Assembly: GCA_041483195.1 (NCBI GenBank)
Contig: JBGPFC010000033.1
Location: forward strand, 1-48,482
Length of the DNA stretch: 48,482 nucleotides
Reading direction: 5' to 3'
Source: Candidatus Eiseniibacteriota bacterium
GTDB taxonomy: Bacteria > Eisenbacteria > RBG-16-71-46
The position numbers were made by a program, and so were the translations under genes. Of this stretch, positions 8,435-18,100 are shown one piece after another (positions within the stretch are counted from its first letter, which is position 1; each line of letters begins with the position of its first letter). The notes beneath the pieces were generated by a model. That model searched no databases. It was not told where the DNA came from and saw only the letters and a list, made by a program, of their open reading frames with translations.

Positions 8435-10315
8435 TTGCGCCCCGGGTTGCGCGCTGCGCGCCCTCGAGCCTCCCGCGCCGCTCGCCTCGCGCTCGCGGCC
8501 TTGCTCGTTGCATCGGTGGGCGCGCCTCGCCCGGCGGCCGCCGCAGCCCCCGGCACGAGCTCCGCGAGCGTGCCCCCGAAGTTCTTCCCACCGCTCGCGC
8601 ACGCGCCGCTCGATCCTCCGCTCGCGATCACCGGCGGCTTCGGCGAGTACCGGGTCGGGCACTTCCACGCCGGCGTGGATCTCGGCACCGGCGGGAGGGT
8701 CGGAAAGCCGGTGTACGCGCCGCTCTCGGGGCGCGTCGAGCGCGTGCGCGCGTCGGGCGTGGGGTACGGACGCTCCATCTATATTCGGGCGCGCGACGGG
8801 CGGCTGCTCCAGCTCGGCCATCTCGACGCGTTCGAGGAGCCGCTCGCCTCGTGGGTTGCGGTGGCGCAGGAATCGAGCGGTCAGTACGAGCAGGACCTGT
8901 GGCCGGATGCCTCGCGATTTCCGGTGCGAGCGGGCCAGCGTGTGGCGTGGAGCGGCCAGAGCGGCGCAGGCGGCCCGCACCTTCACTTCGAGATCCGGCG
9001 CGGCGACATGGCGCTCAATCCACTGCGGGCGGGCCTGCGCATCGCGGACCCGCTGCCGCCGACGCTCGTGAGCCTCACCCTTCAGCCGCTCGACGACACG
9101 ACGCGCGTTGGGGGCGAAGCGTCGCCGGCATCGATGCCGAGCTTTGCCCCGTACAAGGTGGCGCTCCGGGCGCCCGTCGAGAGCGTGTACGTCTCGGGCT
9201 CGGTTCGCGCGGTGGTCGGAGCACGCGATGGGACGTGGCGCGGGGTGGATCGCATGGTGCCGTGGTCGGTCGAGGAGGAATGGGACGGGCGCCGGGTCGC
9301 GTGCCGCTTCGACAGCATCTCGTGGGCGACCGACATGCCCGAGGGCGACTACGTCTTCGATGTGGGCCGTGTGGTCGGAGACAAGGGCATCGTGCTCTGG
9401 GCGCCCGCGAGGTTCAGGCCGCGCGTGATCGTCGCGGACGCGCCGCTCGACGAGGCCGCGGGGACGATCACGGTGCATCGCGGAGATCCGCCGCGCCGTC
9501 TCATCCTCATCGCGCGCGATCTGGGCGGCAACGCCGTGAAGCGGACGGTGGTGCTCAGTCCCTGGGATCGCGCGAGCGGAGCCGGGCCCGCGCTCCGGCC
9601 CCGAAGGCCCCACGAGAGCGCCTTCACGGCAGGCGAGCTCGAGCGCACGCGCTTCTCCCACCTGGTCGCGTTCGAAGCTGTCGTACCGGGCGAGCAGGGC
9701 CTGCCCGCGTTTCGCTGGACCATTCCCCGGGATGGCCTGTTCGAGCCTGCCGTGTTCCTCGCGGAGAGCCTGGGCGCGATGCGGGGAACGCGCGAGCTCG
9801 TGCCGCTCGGACTGGCGTACGCGCTCCATCCGATCATGACGCCCATGCGGGGCGCCATGCGGGTCGGCATCTCGGCGCCTCCGCAGCCGGTGCCCCGCGG
9901 CACAGCGCTCTACCGCGATCAGGGCGATGGCTGGGAATGGGTCGGCGCGGCGTTCGATTCGGCGAGGAACCTCATCGGCGGCGACACCCGCCGCCTCGGC
10001 GCGTTCGCGCTCTTCGCCGACACGCTCGGGCCGCGCATCGCCCCGCTCGCGCCCGCGGCGCACGCGGTGCCCGCGCCATACAATCGCTGGGCGCTCGAGG
10101 CGCGGCTCACGGAGGAGGGCAGCGGCGTCGATGCGCGCGCCAGCGGGTTCGAGGTGGACGGCGCGCGCGTGCCGTCGGAATGGGATGCCGAGGAGCAGAC
10201 GCTCCGCTGGCGGCCGCATCATGCGCCATCGAAGGGCACGCACCGCTTCACGGTGTTCGCGCACGATCGCGCGGGGAACGCCGCGCTCCGCAGCGGAACC
10301 TTTGTGCTAGATTAG
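8435..10315 (+). CDS. M23-family metallopeptidase with C-terminal Ig-like extension (start uncertain)
   Basis: GGFGEYRVGHFHAGVD (HxxxD), GYGR, SGAGGPHLHFEIR (HxH); signal-like RAARLALAALLVASVGA. ORF track begins at 8237, which would overlap the divergent sigma54 promoter, so TTG 8435 preferred. Confidence 0.85.
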   Translation: MRPGLRAARPRASRAARLALAALLVASVGAPRPAAAAAPGTSSASVPPKFFPPLAHAPLDPPLAITGGFGEYRVGHFHAGVDLGTGGRVGKPVYAPLSGRVERVRASGVGYGRSIYIRARDGRLLQLGHLDAFEEPLASWVAVAQESSGQYEQDLWPDASRFPVRAGQRVAWSGQSGAGGPHLHFEIRRGDMALNPLRAGLRIADPLPPTLVSLTLQPLDDTTRVGGEASPASMPSFAPYKVALRAPVESVYVSGSVRAVVGARDGTWRGVDRMVPWSVEEEWDGRRVACRFDSISWATDMPEGDYVFDVGRVVGDKGIVLWAPARFRPRVIVADAPLDEAAGTITVHRGDPPRRLILIARDLGGNAVKRTVVLSPWDRASGAGPALRPRRPHESAFTAGELERTRFSHLVAFEAVVPGEQGLPAFRWTIPRDGLFEPAVFLAESLGAMRGTRELVPLGLAYALHPIMTPMRGAMRVGISAPPQPVPRGTALYRDQGDGWEWVGAAFDSARNLIGGDTRRLGAFALFADTLGPRIAPLAPAAHAVPAPYNRWALEARLTEEGSGVDARASGFEVDGARVPSEWDAEEQTLRWRPHHAPSKGTHRFTVFAHDRAGNAALRSGTFVLD

Positions 10316-10401
10316 CCGCGAAACGCAACGCGGAACGCACCCGAGCCCGCGGCGACGCCGGTTCTCCGGTCGAGACCCCCGGCGGTAGCGCAGGACGCGC
10401 C

Positions 10402-13400
10402 ATGGAACACGCCGACTTCGTCCACCTTCACAACCACAGCGACTACTCGCTGCTCGACGGCGCGAGCCCGATCTCGCGCATGGTGGAGCGCGCGGCCCAG
10501 CTGCGCATGCCGGCGCTCGCGCTCACCGACCACGGCTCGCTGTTCGGAGCGGTCGAGTTCTACCAGGAGGCGCGCCGGGCGGGGGTCAAGCCCATCCTGG
10601 GGATGGAGGCCTACGTCACGCGCGGCTCCCGCAGGGATCGCACGCGCGACACGGCGCACCACCTGGTGCTGCTCGCGCGCGACGAGCGCGGCTTCAAGAA
10701 CCTGATGCGGCTCTCGTCGCTCGCCTTCCTCGAGGGTTTCTACTACAAGCCCCGCGTGGACCACGAGCTGCTCGCGCAGTACGCGGGCGGCCTGCTGGCG
10801 CTCTCGGCATGCCCGAAGGGGGAGATCGCGACCGATCTGCTCGATGACAACGAGCCTCGTGCGCTCGAGACCGCGATGATGTATCGGGACATGTTCGGCG
10901 CCGAGCATTTCTTCCTCGAGATCCAGAACCACGGGCTCGAGATCGAGGATCGCATTCGCGCGCGGGTCACGGCGCTCGCCATGCGCACCGGGATCCCGCT
11001 GGTCGCCACCAACGACTGCCACTACCTGCGGCACCAGGACGCGGATGCCCACGACGTGCTGCTCTGCATCCAGACCGGCAAGACGGTGGACGACACGAAG
11101 CGCATGCAGATGAACACCGACCAGCTCTTCTTCCGCTCCGCGGACGAGATGAGGGCCGCCTTCCCCGACGCGCGCGAGGCGCTGCACAACACCCTCACGG
11201 TCGCGGAACGCTGCAACCTCCAGCTCGACTTCGGCCGGCCGCTGCTGCCCGAGTTCCCGCTCCCGAAGGGAGCGGAGAGCGCGGAGGCCTACCTGCGCGA
11301 GCTGGCGTGGCAGGAGCTGCGCACCCGCTACGGTGAGATCACCGAGGCGATCCGCGAGCGCTTCGAATACGAACTCTCGGTGCTGTGCCACATGGGCTTC
11401 GCCTCCTACTTCCTGATCGTGCGCGACTTCATCGCATACGCGCGCAGCCGCGGGATCGGCGTGGGCCCCGGACGCGGCTCGGTCGCGGGCTCGCTGGTCG
11501 CCTACGCGCTGCGGATCACCGACATCGACCCGCTCCAGCACGGGCTGATCTTCGAGCGGTTCCTCAACCCGGAACGCGTGTCGATGCCCGACATCGACAT
11601 CGACTTCGACGACTTGCGGCGGGGCGAAGTCATCGAGTACGTGAAGCACAAGTACGGCGAGGCGAACGTCACCCAGATCATCACCTTCGGCACGATGGGG
11701 GCGAAGGGCGTCATGCGCGACGTGGGCCGCGCGCTCGGCATGCCGTTCGGCGACGTGGACAAGATCGCGAAGCTGGTCCCGGACGGTCTCGGCATGACCC
11801 TGGAGCGCGCCATCGAGCTCTCTCCCGATCTCAAGAACCTCCCGCAGCGCGGCGCTCCCTACGATCGCCTGCTGCGCAGCGCGCGCGCGCTCGAGGGGCT
11901 CGCACGCCACGCCTCGACCCATGCCGCCGGCGTGCTCATCACCCCCGGCCCGCTGCTCGACTTCGTCCCGCTCTACCGGCAGAAGGATGAAACCGTCACG
12001 ACCCAATGGGACATGAAATCGGTCGAGAAGGCCGGGCTGCTCAAGATGGACTTCCTCGGTCTGCGCACGCTCTCGGTGCTCGCCGGCGCGGTCGAGCTCG
12101 CGAGCCGCGGGCGGGAGACGCCGCTCGACCTGCAGCGGCTCCCGCTCGACGACGCGGCCGCCTACGAGGTATTCCAGCGCGCCGACACCGTCGCGATCTT
12201 CCAGTTCGAATCGAGCGGGATGCGCGACTACCTGCGGCAGCTGAAGCCGACGGTGTTCGAGGACCTGGTCGCGATGAACGCACTCTACCGCCCGGGTCCG
12301 ATGGAGAACATCCCGTACTTCATCGAATGCAAGCACGGGCGCAAGGTGGCGAGCTTCGAACACCCGGACCTGAAGCCGATCCTCGAGGGCACCTACGGCG
12401 TGTTCGTGTACCAGGAGCAGGTGATGAAGGCGGCGAACGCGCTCGCCGGCTTCTCGCTCGCGCAGGCCGACGAGCTGCGGCGCGCGATGGGCAAGAAGCG
12501 GCCCGAGGAAATGGAAGCCAAGCGCCAGGCATTCGTCGAAGGCTGCAGGCACCGCAAGATCCAGGCGGCGAAGGCCGAGAAGATCTTCGCGACGATGGAG
12601 AAGTTCGCGGGCTACGGCTTCAACAAGTCACACAGCGCGGCGTACGCGCTGCTCGCCTACCAGTGCGCCTGGCTCAAGGCGCATTTCCCCGCCGAATTGA
12701 TGGCCGCGACGCTCACCAGCGAAATGGCGGACAGCGCGCGCATCGTGACGCTGATCGAGGAATGCCGGCGGATGAAGATCGAGATCCTCCCGCCCGACGT
12801 GAATCGCTCCGACTGGGGGTTCACGCTCGAGGAGGGGCACATCCGGTTCGGGCTGGGCGCGGTGCGCAACGTCGGGCAGAACGCCGTCGAGTCCCTGATC
12901 GCCGCCCGCTCCGAAGGCGGGCCGTTCCGCGACCTCTTCGATCTCCCGCGCCGCGTGGACGCGGGCAGCCTCAATCGCCGGGTGCTCGAGAGCCTGGTCG
13001 CCGCCGGCGCCTGCGACGCGTTCGGTGCCGAGCGCGGCGCGATGCACGCCGGAGCGGGCCGCATGCTCGAGCAGGCGGCGGCGCTCCAGCGCGATCGCGC
13101 GAGCGGCCAATCGTCGCTGTTCGGCGAGCAGGCGGGGGACGGCGGCGTCGCGGTGGTCGCGCCGCCGCTCCCGGGCGCCGCGCCATGGTCCGGCCGCGAT
13201 CGCAGCGCGCACGAGAAGGAAGTGCTGGGATTCTATTTCTCGGAGCATCCGCTGGAGCCGCTGCGCGAGACGCTCGCGAAGGTGACCACCCACACCGTCG
13301 CCGATGCGCTCGCGCTCGAGGACGGCGCCGAGGTTCGGCTCGGCGTGGTGGTGCTCGAGGTCAAGAAGATCACCACCCGCGCCGGGAAGCAGATGGCGGT

Positions 13401-13836
13401 CGCCACGGTCGAGGACCTGAGCGGTCGCATCGAATGCACCGCTTTTCCCGAGCTGTACGACGCCGCGCGCGAGCTGCTGCGGGACGAGCGCATCGTCGTG
13501 CTCTCGGGGCGCGTCGAGGTGCGCGAGGATCGAGGCGTCAAGGTGCTGCTGGCCGAAGCCCGCACGCTCGAACAGGCCCAGGCCGAGTTCCGGCCCTGCC
13601 TCCACATCGAGATCCGCTCGGACGCGCTGTCGGTGGAATGGCTGGAGCAGGTGGACGAGGTGCTGTCGGCCCATCCCGGGGACTCCGACGTGTACCTGCA
13701 CATCGTCATGCCCGATCGCTCGCGCAAGGCGAGTCGCTCGCGGCGCTATCGCGTGTCCGAGGGCGACCCCGTGCTCTCGGGGCTGCGCGAGCGGTTCCCG
13801 TTCGTTCGCGTCGGCTGGGGAAAGGGCATCGCGTGA
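10402..13836 (+). CDS. dnaE: DNA polymerase III alpha subunit
   Basis: MEHADFVHLHNHSDYSLLDGA, GPGRGSVAGS, FERFLNPERVSMPDIDIDF, LLKMDFLGLRTL, FAGYGFNKSHS, C-terminal OB fold. Confidence 0.99.
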   Translation: MEHADFVHLHNHSDYSLLDGASPISRMVERAAQLRMPALALTDHGSLFGAVEFYQEARRAGVKPILGMEAYVTRGSRRDRTRDTAHHLVLLARDERGFKNLMRLSSLAFLEGFYYKPRVDHELLAQYAGGLLALSACPKGEIATDLLDDNEPRALETAMMYRDMFGAEHFFLEIQNHGLEIEDRIRARVTALAMRTGIPLVATNDCHYLRHQDADAHDVLLCIQTGKTVDDTKRMQMNTDQLFFRSADEMRAAFPDAREALHNTLTVAERCNLQLDFGRPLLPEFPLPKGAESAEAYLRELAWQELRTRYGEITEAIRERFEYELSVLCHMGFASYFLIVRDFIAYARSRGIGVGPGRGSVAGSLVAYALRITDIDPLQHGLIFERFLNPERVSMPDIDIDFDDLRRGEVIEYVKHKYGEANVTQIITFGTMGAKGVMRDVGRALGMPFGDVDKIAKLVPDGLGMTLERAIELSPDLKNLPQRGAPYDRLLRSARALEGLARHASTHAAGVLITPGPLLDFVPLYRQKDETVTTQWDMKSVEKAGLLKMDFLGLRTLSVLAGAVELASRGRETPLDLQRLPLDDAAAYEVFQRADTVAIFQFESSGMRDYLRQLKPTVFEDLVAMNALYRPGPMENIPYFIECKHGRKVASFEHPDLKPILEGTYGVFVYQEQVMKAANALAGFSLAQADELRRAMGKKRPEEMEAKRQAFVEGCRHRKIQAAKAEKIFATMEKFAGYGFNKSHSAAYALLAYQCAWLKAHFPAELMAATLTSEMADSARIVTLIEECRRMKIEILPPDVNRSDWGFTLEEGHIRFGLGAVRNVGQNAVESLIAARSEGGPFRDLFDLPRRVDAGSLNRRVLESLVAAGACDAFGAERGAMHAGAGRMLEQAAALQRDRASGQSSLFGEQAGDGGVAVVAPPLPGAAPWSGRDRSAHEKEVLGFYFSEHPLEPLRETLAKVTTHTVADALALEDGAEVRLGVVVLEVKKITTRAGKQMAVATVEDLSGRIECTAFPELYDAARELLRDERIVVLSGRVEVREDRGVKVLLAEARTLEQAQAEFRPCLHIEIRSDALSVEWLEQVDEVLSAHPGDSDVYLHIVMPDRSRKASRSRRYRVSEGDPVLSGLRERFPFVRVGWGKGIA

Positions 13837-14795
13837 CGACCTGGCTCGACTTCGAGAAGCCGGTGATCGAGCTGGAGCAGCGCATCCAGGAGCTCAAGAC
13901 GCACGCCGCCCAGAAGGGGCTCCAGGCCAACGACGAGATCCATGACCTCGAGCGCGAGGCGGAGGATCTGCGGCGCGAGATCTACGCGGCGCTCACGCCG
14001 TATCAGCGGGTTCAACTGGCGCGTCACCCGCGCCGTCCGTACGCGCTCGACTACATCGAGCGCTGCTTCACCGGCTGGACCGAGCTGCACGGCGACCGCC
14101 ACTTCGCCGACGATCCGGCGATCGTGGCCGGGCTCGCGTCGCTCGACGGGAGGCCGGTCATGGTGATCGCGCAACAGAAGGGGCGGGACACGCGCGAGAA
14201 TCTCCTGCGCCGGTTCGGGATGCCGAGCCCCGAGGGCTACCGAAAGGCGCTGCGTCTGATGCATCTCGCCGAGCGCTTCCGCGTGCCGGTGGTCACGCTG
14301 GTGGACACTCCCGGAGCGTATCCCGGGCTCGGGGCCGAGGAGCGCGGGCAGGCGGAGGCGATCGCGGTCAACCTGCGCGAGATGGCCCGGCTCGAGACCC
14401 CGATCGTGACCGTGGTGATCGGGGAGGGCGGGTCCGGCGGGGCGCTCGCGATCGCGGTGAGCGACGTGGTGCTCATGTTCGAGAATTCGATCTATTCCGT
14501 GATCACCCCCGAAGGGTGCGCCGCGATCCTGTGGCGCGACGGCAAGAAGGCGCCGCTCGCGGCGGAAGCCCTCAAGCTCACCGCGCCCGACCTCGAGCGG
14601 CTCGGGGTGATCGACGGCATTCTCGAGGAACCGGTGGGCGGCGCGCACCGCGATCCGGACGCGGCAGCTGGCACCCTGCGCGCCGCGGTGAGCGGGCACC
14701 TGGACCGCCTGTGCGGGGTATCGGTGGAGGCGCGTCTCGAGAACCGGCTGCTCAAGTTCCGGCGGATGGGAGTGGTGCGCGAGGGCGGAGCTTGA
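13833..14795 (+). CDS. accA: Acetyl-CoA carboxylase carboxyltransferase alpha subunit
   Basis: GTGA overlap with dnaE; WLDFEKPVIELE, LARHPRRP, ELHGDR, FGMPSPEGYRKALR, DTPGAYPG, AEERGQ, GEGGSGGALA. Confidence 0.99.
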   Translation: MTTWLDFEKPVIELEQRIQELKTHAAQKGLQANDEIHDLEREAEDLRREIYAALTPYQRVQLARHPRRPYALDYIERCFTGWTELHGDRHFADDPAIVAGLASLDGRPVMVIAQQKGRDTRENLLRRFGMPSPEGYRKALRLMHLAERFRVPVVTLVDTPGAYPGLGAEERGQAEAIAVNLREMARLETPIVTVVIGEGGSGGALAIAVSDVVLMFENSIYSVITPEGCAAILWRDGKKAPLAAEALKLTAPDLERLGVIDGILEEPVGGAHRDPDAAAGTLRAAVSGHLDRLCGVSVEARLENRLLKFRRMGVVREGGA

Positions 14796-14821
14796 CCCTC
14801 GGAAAACGCAGTTGATAGACT
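14792..14821 (+). promoter_or_regulatory. Putative sigma70-type promoter of trm112-porU
   Basis: TTGACC-N18-TAGACT overlapping the accA stop codon. Confidence 0.7.
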
Positions 14822-14850
14822 TGCCTTCACTCGAATCATCCGTGGCGCGG

Positions 14851-14970
14851 GGGACTCCGATCGCAAGTGGTTACGAGCCGCAGTGGGCCGACCGGTCCGG
14901 CGCAGCTTGGGCGGCGCCTCCCGTCGGCTTCGTCTAGTTCCACCTTCCACGCGCGTAACCAGGGAGTCCC
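14851..14970 (+). promoter_or_regulatory. Rod-like structured 5' leader sequestering the trm112 SD
   Basis: Nested complementary pairs GGGACTCC/GGAGTCCC, TGGTTACG/CGTAACCA, GTGG/CCAC, GCCGAC/GTCGGC, GGCGC/GCGCC; outer stem ends at the base before ATG 14971. Confidence 0.6.
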
Positions 14971-15138
14971 ATGGCCCTCAGTCCCGATCTCCTGAGCATT
15001 CTGGTCTGCCCGGCCTGCAAGGGCGACCTCGCATACAACGAGGCCGCTCAGACCCTCAGCTGCGACCGCTGCCGGCTGCGCTACAAGGTCGTCGACGACA
15101 TTCCGGTGATGCTGGTCGAAGAGGCCGAGAAGTTCTGA
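14971..15138 (+). CDS. Trm112/YcaR-family small zinc-ribbon protein (55 aa)
   Basis: Below ORF-track cutoff: [62 protein letters not shown]; family motifs ILVCP.CK and Y...D.IPVML..EA. Confidence 0.95.
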   Translation: MALSPDLLSILVCPACKGDLAYNEAAQTLSCDRCRLRYKVVDDIPVMLVEEAEKF

Positions 15139-18100
15139 GCGATCGACACATCGCGCGCCCGCCGCATCGCACCGGCCGAGCCGGTCTCACGCTCGCCGTG
15201 GCGACGTTCCTCTGTGCCGCCCGCGCCGGCAGCGCCGGCGCCTCGCCCGCCGGCGTTCAGCTCCTGCCCACGGGCCCATCGCTGGTGCGGTTTGCGGTGG
15301 AGGTGCCGGAGGCTCGCGTGATTTCGGCCCCCGGCGCGAGCGACCTCTCCGAGGTGCTCATCGACGGATTCGGCAACGACGGCCCGCCCGGCGCGCCCGC
15401 GCTGCCGGTGCGCGTCATCCTGGTCGCGGTGCCGCCGACGGGCGACGTGCAGGTGCGCGCGAGCGCCAGCGGCGAGCGCTTCGCCGATGGCGTCCTGCTC
15501 GCCCCGATGGCCACCCTCGACCGCGGCGCCGAGGGCGAGCCCCCGCGCTACGATCGCTCGGCAGACGCCTATGGCGCGCGTGCCTCGCGCACGCCTCAGC
15601 CGGCGCGCGTGCTCGGCGTTTCGTGGATGCGCAACCAGCGCGTCGCGAGCATCGCCGTCTCGGCCGCCGACTACGTCCCGGCCACGCGGCACCTCGCCCT
15701 CTACCGCCGTGTCGACGTCGAGCTCGGGGTCGCCGCGGCCGGCAATGCGGGTCCGCCGGCCGAGGCCATCGATCCGTTCGAGGAGGTCTATCGCGAGGTG
15801 CTGGTCAACTACGAGCAGGGCCGGCACTGGCGGCGTCCCGCGGGCGGGCGTTCGTTCCCGGGGGCCGGATTGGATCGTGCGACCCTCGATGCGCTCGCGG
15901 CGCCCGCGGTGCCGGAGACCAGCGTCTACGTGGGACGCACCTGGATCAAGATCGCGATCCCGCGCACCGGATTCTACAAGCTGGATTTCGGGCAGCTCCG
16001 CAACTTCTCGCTGTTCAGCGCGCTGGTTCGCCCCGACAGCGTGCGGCTCGATTCGGTGCGGCTCTTCACCTGGCCCGGAGTCCCGGTCCTGCCGGAGGCG
16101 AACTACTGCGACACCTGTGATTTCCGTGAGGTCGCGATTCAGTTCGCCGAGGATGGCGACGGATTGTTCAACCACAACGCCGACGCCTTCTACTTCTTCG
16201 CGATGGGCGCGAGCGACTGGGCCGATCTCTACGATCCCGCCCAGCCCGACACCGTGTTCATCAACCATCCTTACGAGACGAAGAACTACTACTACCTCAC
16301 CGTCTCCACCAGCGATCTGCCGGTGGGGGGGGGCCGTCAGCGCATCGCGCAACGGTCGGGTCAGGTGCAGAACGTCGCCGGTCGTTCCCCGTCGCCGGCG
16401 GGTGTGGGGTTCACGACCCCCGCCACGTTCGAGGCCCGGGTCCACGCGGAGCTGGACATCGAGTATTTCCCCGATCTGTCGCCGCTCTACTACGGGCCGG
16501 CCGGCCCCTTCAGCGATGCGTTCTGGGAGAAGTGGTTCTGGCGAAGCATGAGCCTCGGCAACCTGTTCGCTCCCACGGTCGACGCGATCGGGATCGATTC
16601 GACCCAGGCCGGCAGCGTGCGCATCCGGCAGTGGGGTCTGCCCGACCCGAGCGACACCTGTCTCTACTCCGTGCGCAATGCCCAGCACCTGCTCGACGTG
16701 GCGGTCAACGGGGTGCCGTTGCCGCGCGAGGGGTGGGATGGAACCGCCGCGTTCTCGTTCGAATCCGCGACCGCCGCGCTGCTCACCCACAACTCGGTGA
16801 GCCTGACCATTCCGGTGATTCCGGGGTGCGGAAAGCGCTTCGATCGGAGCGCGCTCGCCTGGATCGAGCTTCGCTATCGGCGCCGCTTCGTCCCGATCAA
16901 CAACGAGCTCGCGTTCGACACCGACCCGGGCGGCGGGAACTACCTTTTCGATATTTCCCCCTTCACCTCGCTCGTCCCTCCCCGCGTGTTCGACGTCACC
17001 GACGCCTACGCGCCGGTCGAAGTGGTGAACCTCGGCTATTCCGATCTGGGCGGGGGCAACTGGGGGCTCTCGTTCCAGAGCATCGAGACCGAGCGACACC
17101 GATATCGGATCGTGCGCGATTCCAGCATCATCAAGGTTCCCGACCTGAGCGTTTTCGCCGCGCCGGCGACCAGCCTGCGCAATCTCCGCAGCCGCACGCG
17201 GGGCGCCGATTACGTGCTCATTTACTACGACGGCTTCCAGGCGGCGGCCGACTCGCTGATGCGCTGGCGGCAGTATCGATTGCCCCTCACGGGCCAGTCG
17301 GCTCCGTACGAAGTCGAGGAGATCCCGATCTCGGCCCTCTACGATCAGTTCTCGGGGGGCCGCACCGATCCGTCCGTGATCCGCAATTTCCTGCGTGCCG
17401 CATTCTTCAACTGGAGCAAGCGTCCCGCCTTCGTGACGCTGTTCGGGGACGCGTCATACGATTTCAAGAACCTCAAGGGCCTGGCCGGCGCCGGACAGCC
17501 GGGCACGCTGGTGCCCTCTTACGAGAACGGGTTCGCGATCAACAAGCAGTTCGCGACCGACGATTGGCTGCTGAACGTCGACGACGCGACGGTCAACATC
17601 CCCGACTTCTTCGGCGGGCGGATCCCGGCCGGCGATCCCAGGACCGCGCTCGACTTCGTGATGAAGAAGGTGCTGCTCTACGAGCGCTCGGCCCCGCTCG
17701 GGGCGTACCGCGACAAGGTCATGCTGATCGCAGACGACAACCTGCAGGGCGCGAAGGACGATCCCCTCCACTGGGCGCACCTGCGGCAGACCGCGGTACT
17801 CGACACCGCGCACACGCCGGCCCACATCGATCGCGCCTACGTCTACCTGCACACCTACCCCGACGGGCCGGGGAACACCAAGCCCGGAGCGAAGGCCGAT
17901 ATCAAGCTCAACCTGAACAACGGGGTGGCGATGTCGAACTATATCGGCCACGGGAGTCCCTTCAAGCTGGCGGACGAGACCGTGCTGAGCGACGTCGATG
18001 CCGGCACGTTCACCAACGCCACGCGCCCGACCCTGTTCGTCGCGGCGTCGTGCGATGTCGGGAAATTCAACGACCCCACGGTGCAGAGCCTGGGGGAGCG

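Noticed and set aside
8416..10401. N-terminal extension of the 1806-aa dnaE ORF
   Set aside because: Arg/Ala-rich off-frame read-through of the M23 gene; DnaE similarity begins at ATG 10402. Not a fusion or intein.
14890..14907. SRP RNA-like GGTCCGG...GCAGC
   Set aside because: Lacks the GNRA-capped domain IV (GGAAGGAAGCAGC) of 4.5S RNA.
14883..15134. ORF-track start of porU at 14883
   Set aside because: Overlaps the structured leader and the well-supported trm112 gene in another frame.
16325..16333. G9 tract in porU (also G8 at 33332-33339, G9 at 37616-37624) as phase-variation sites
   Set aside because: All in frame and encode Gly runs, one in the conserved HutI GGGI motif; unremarkable at this GC content without read-level variation.
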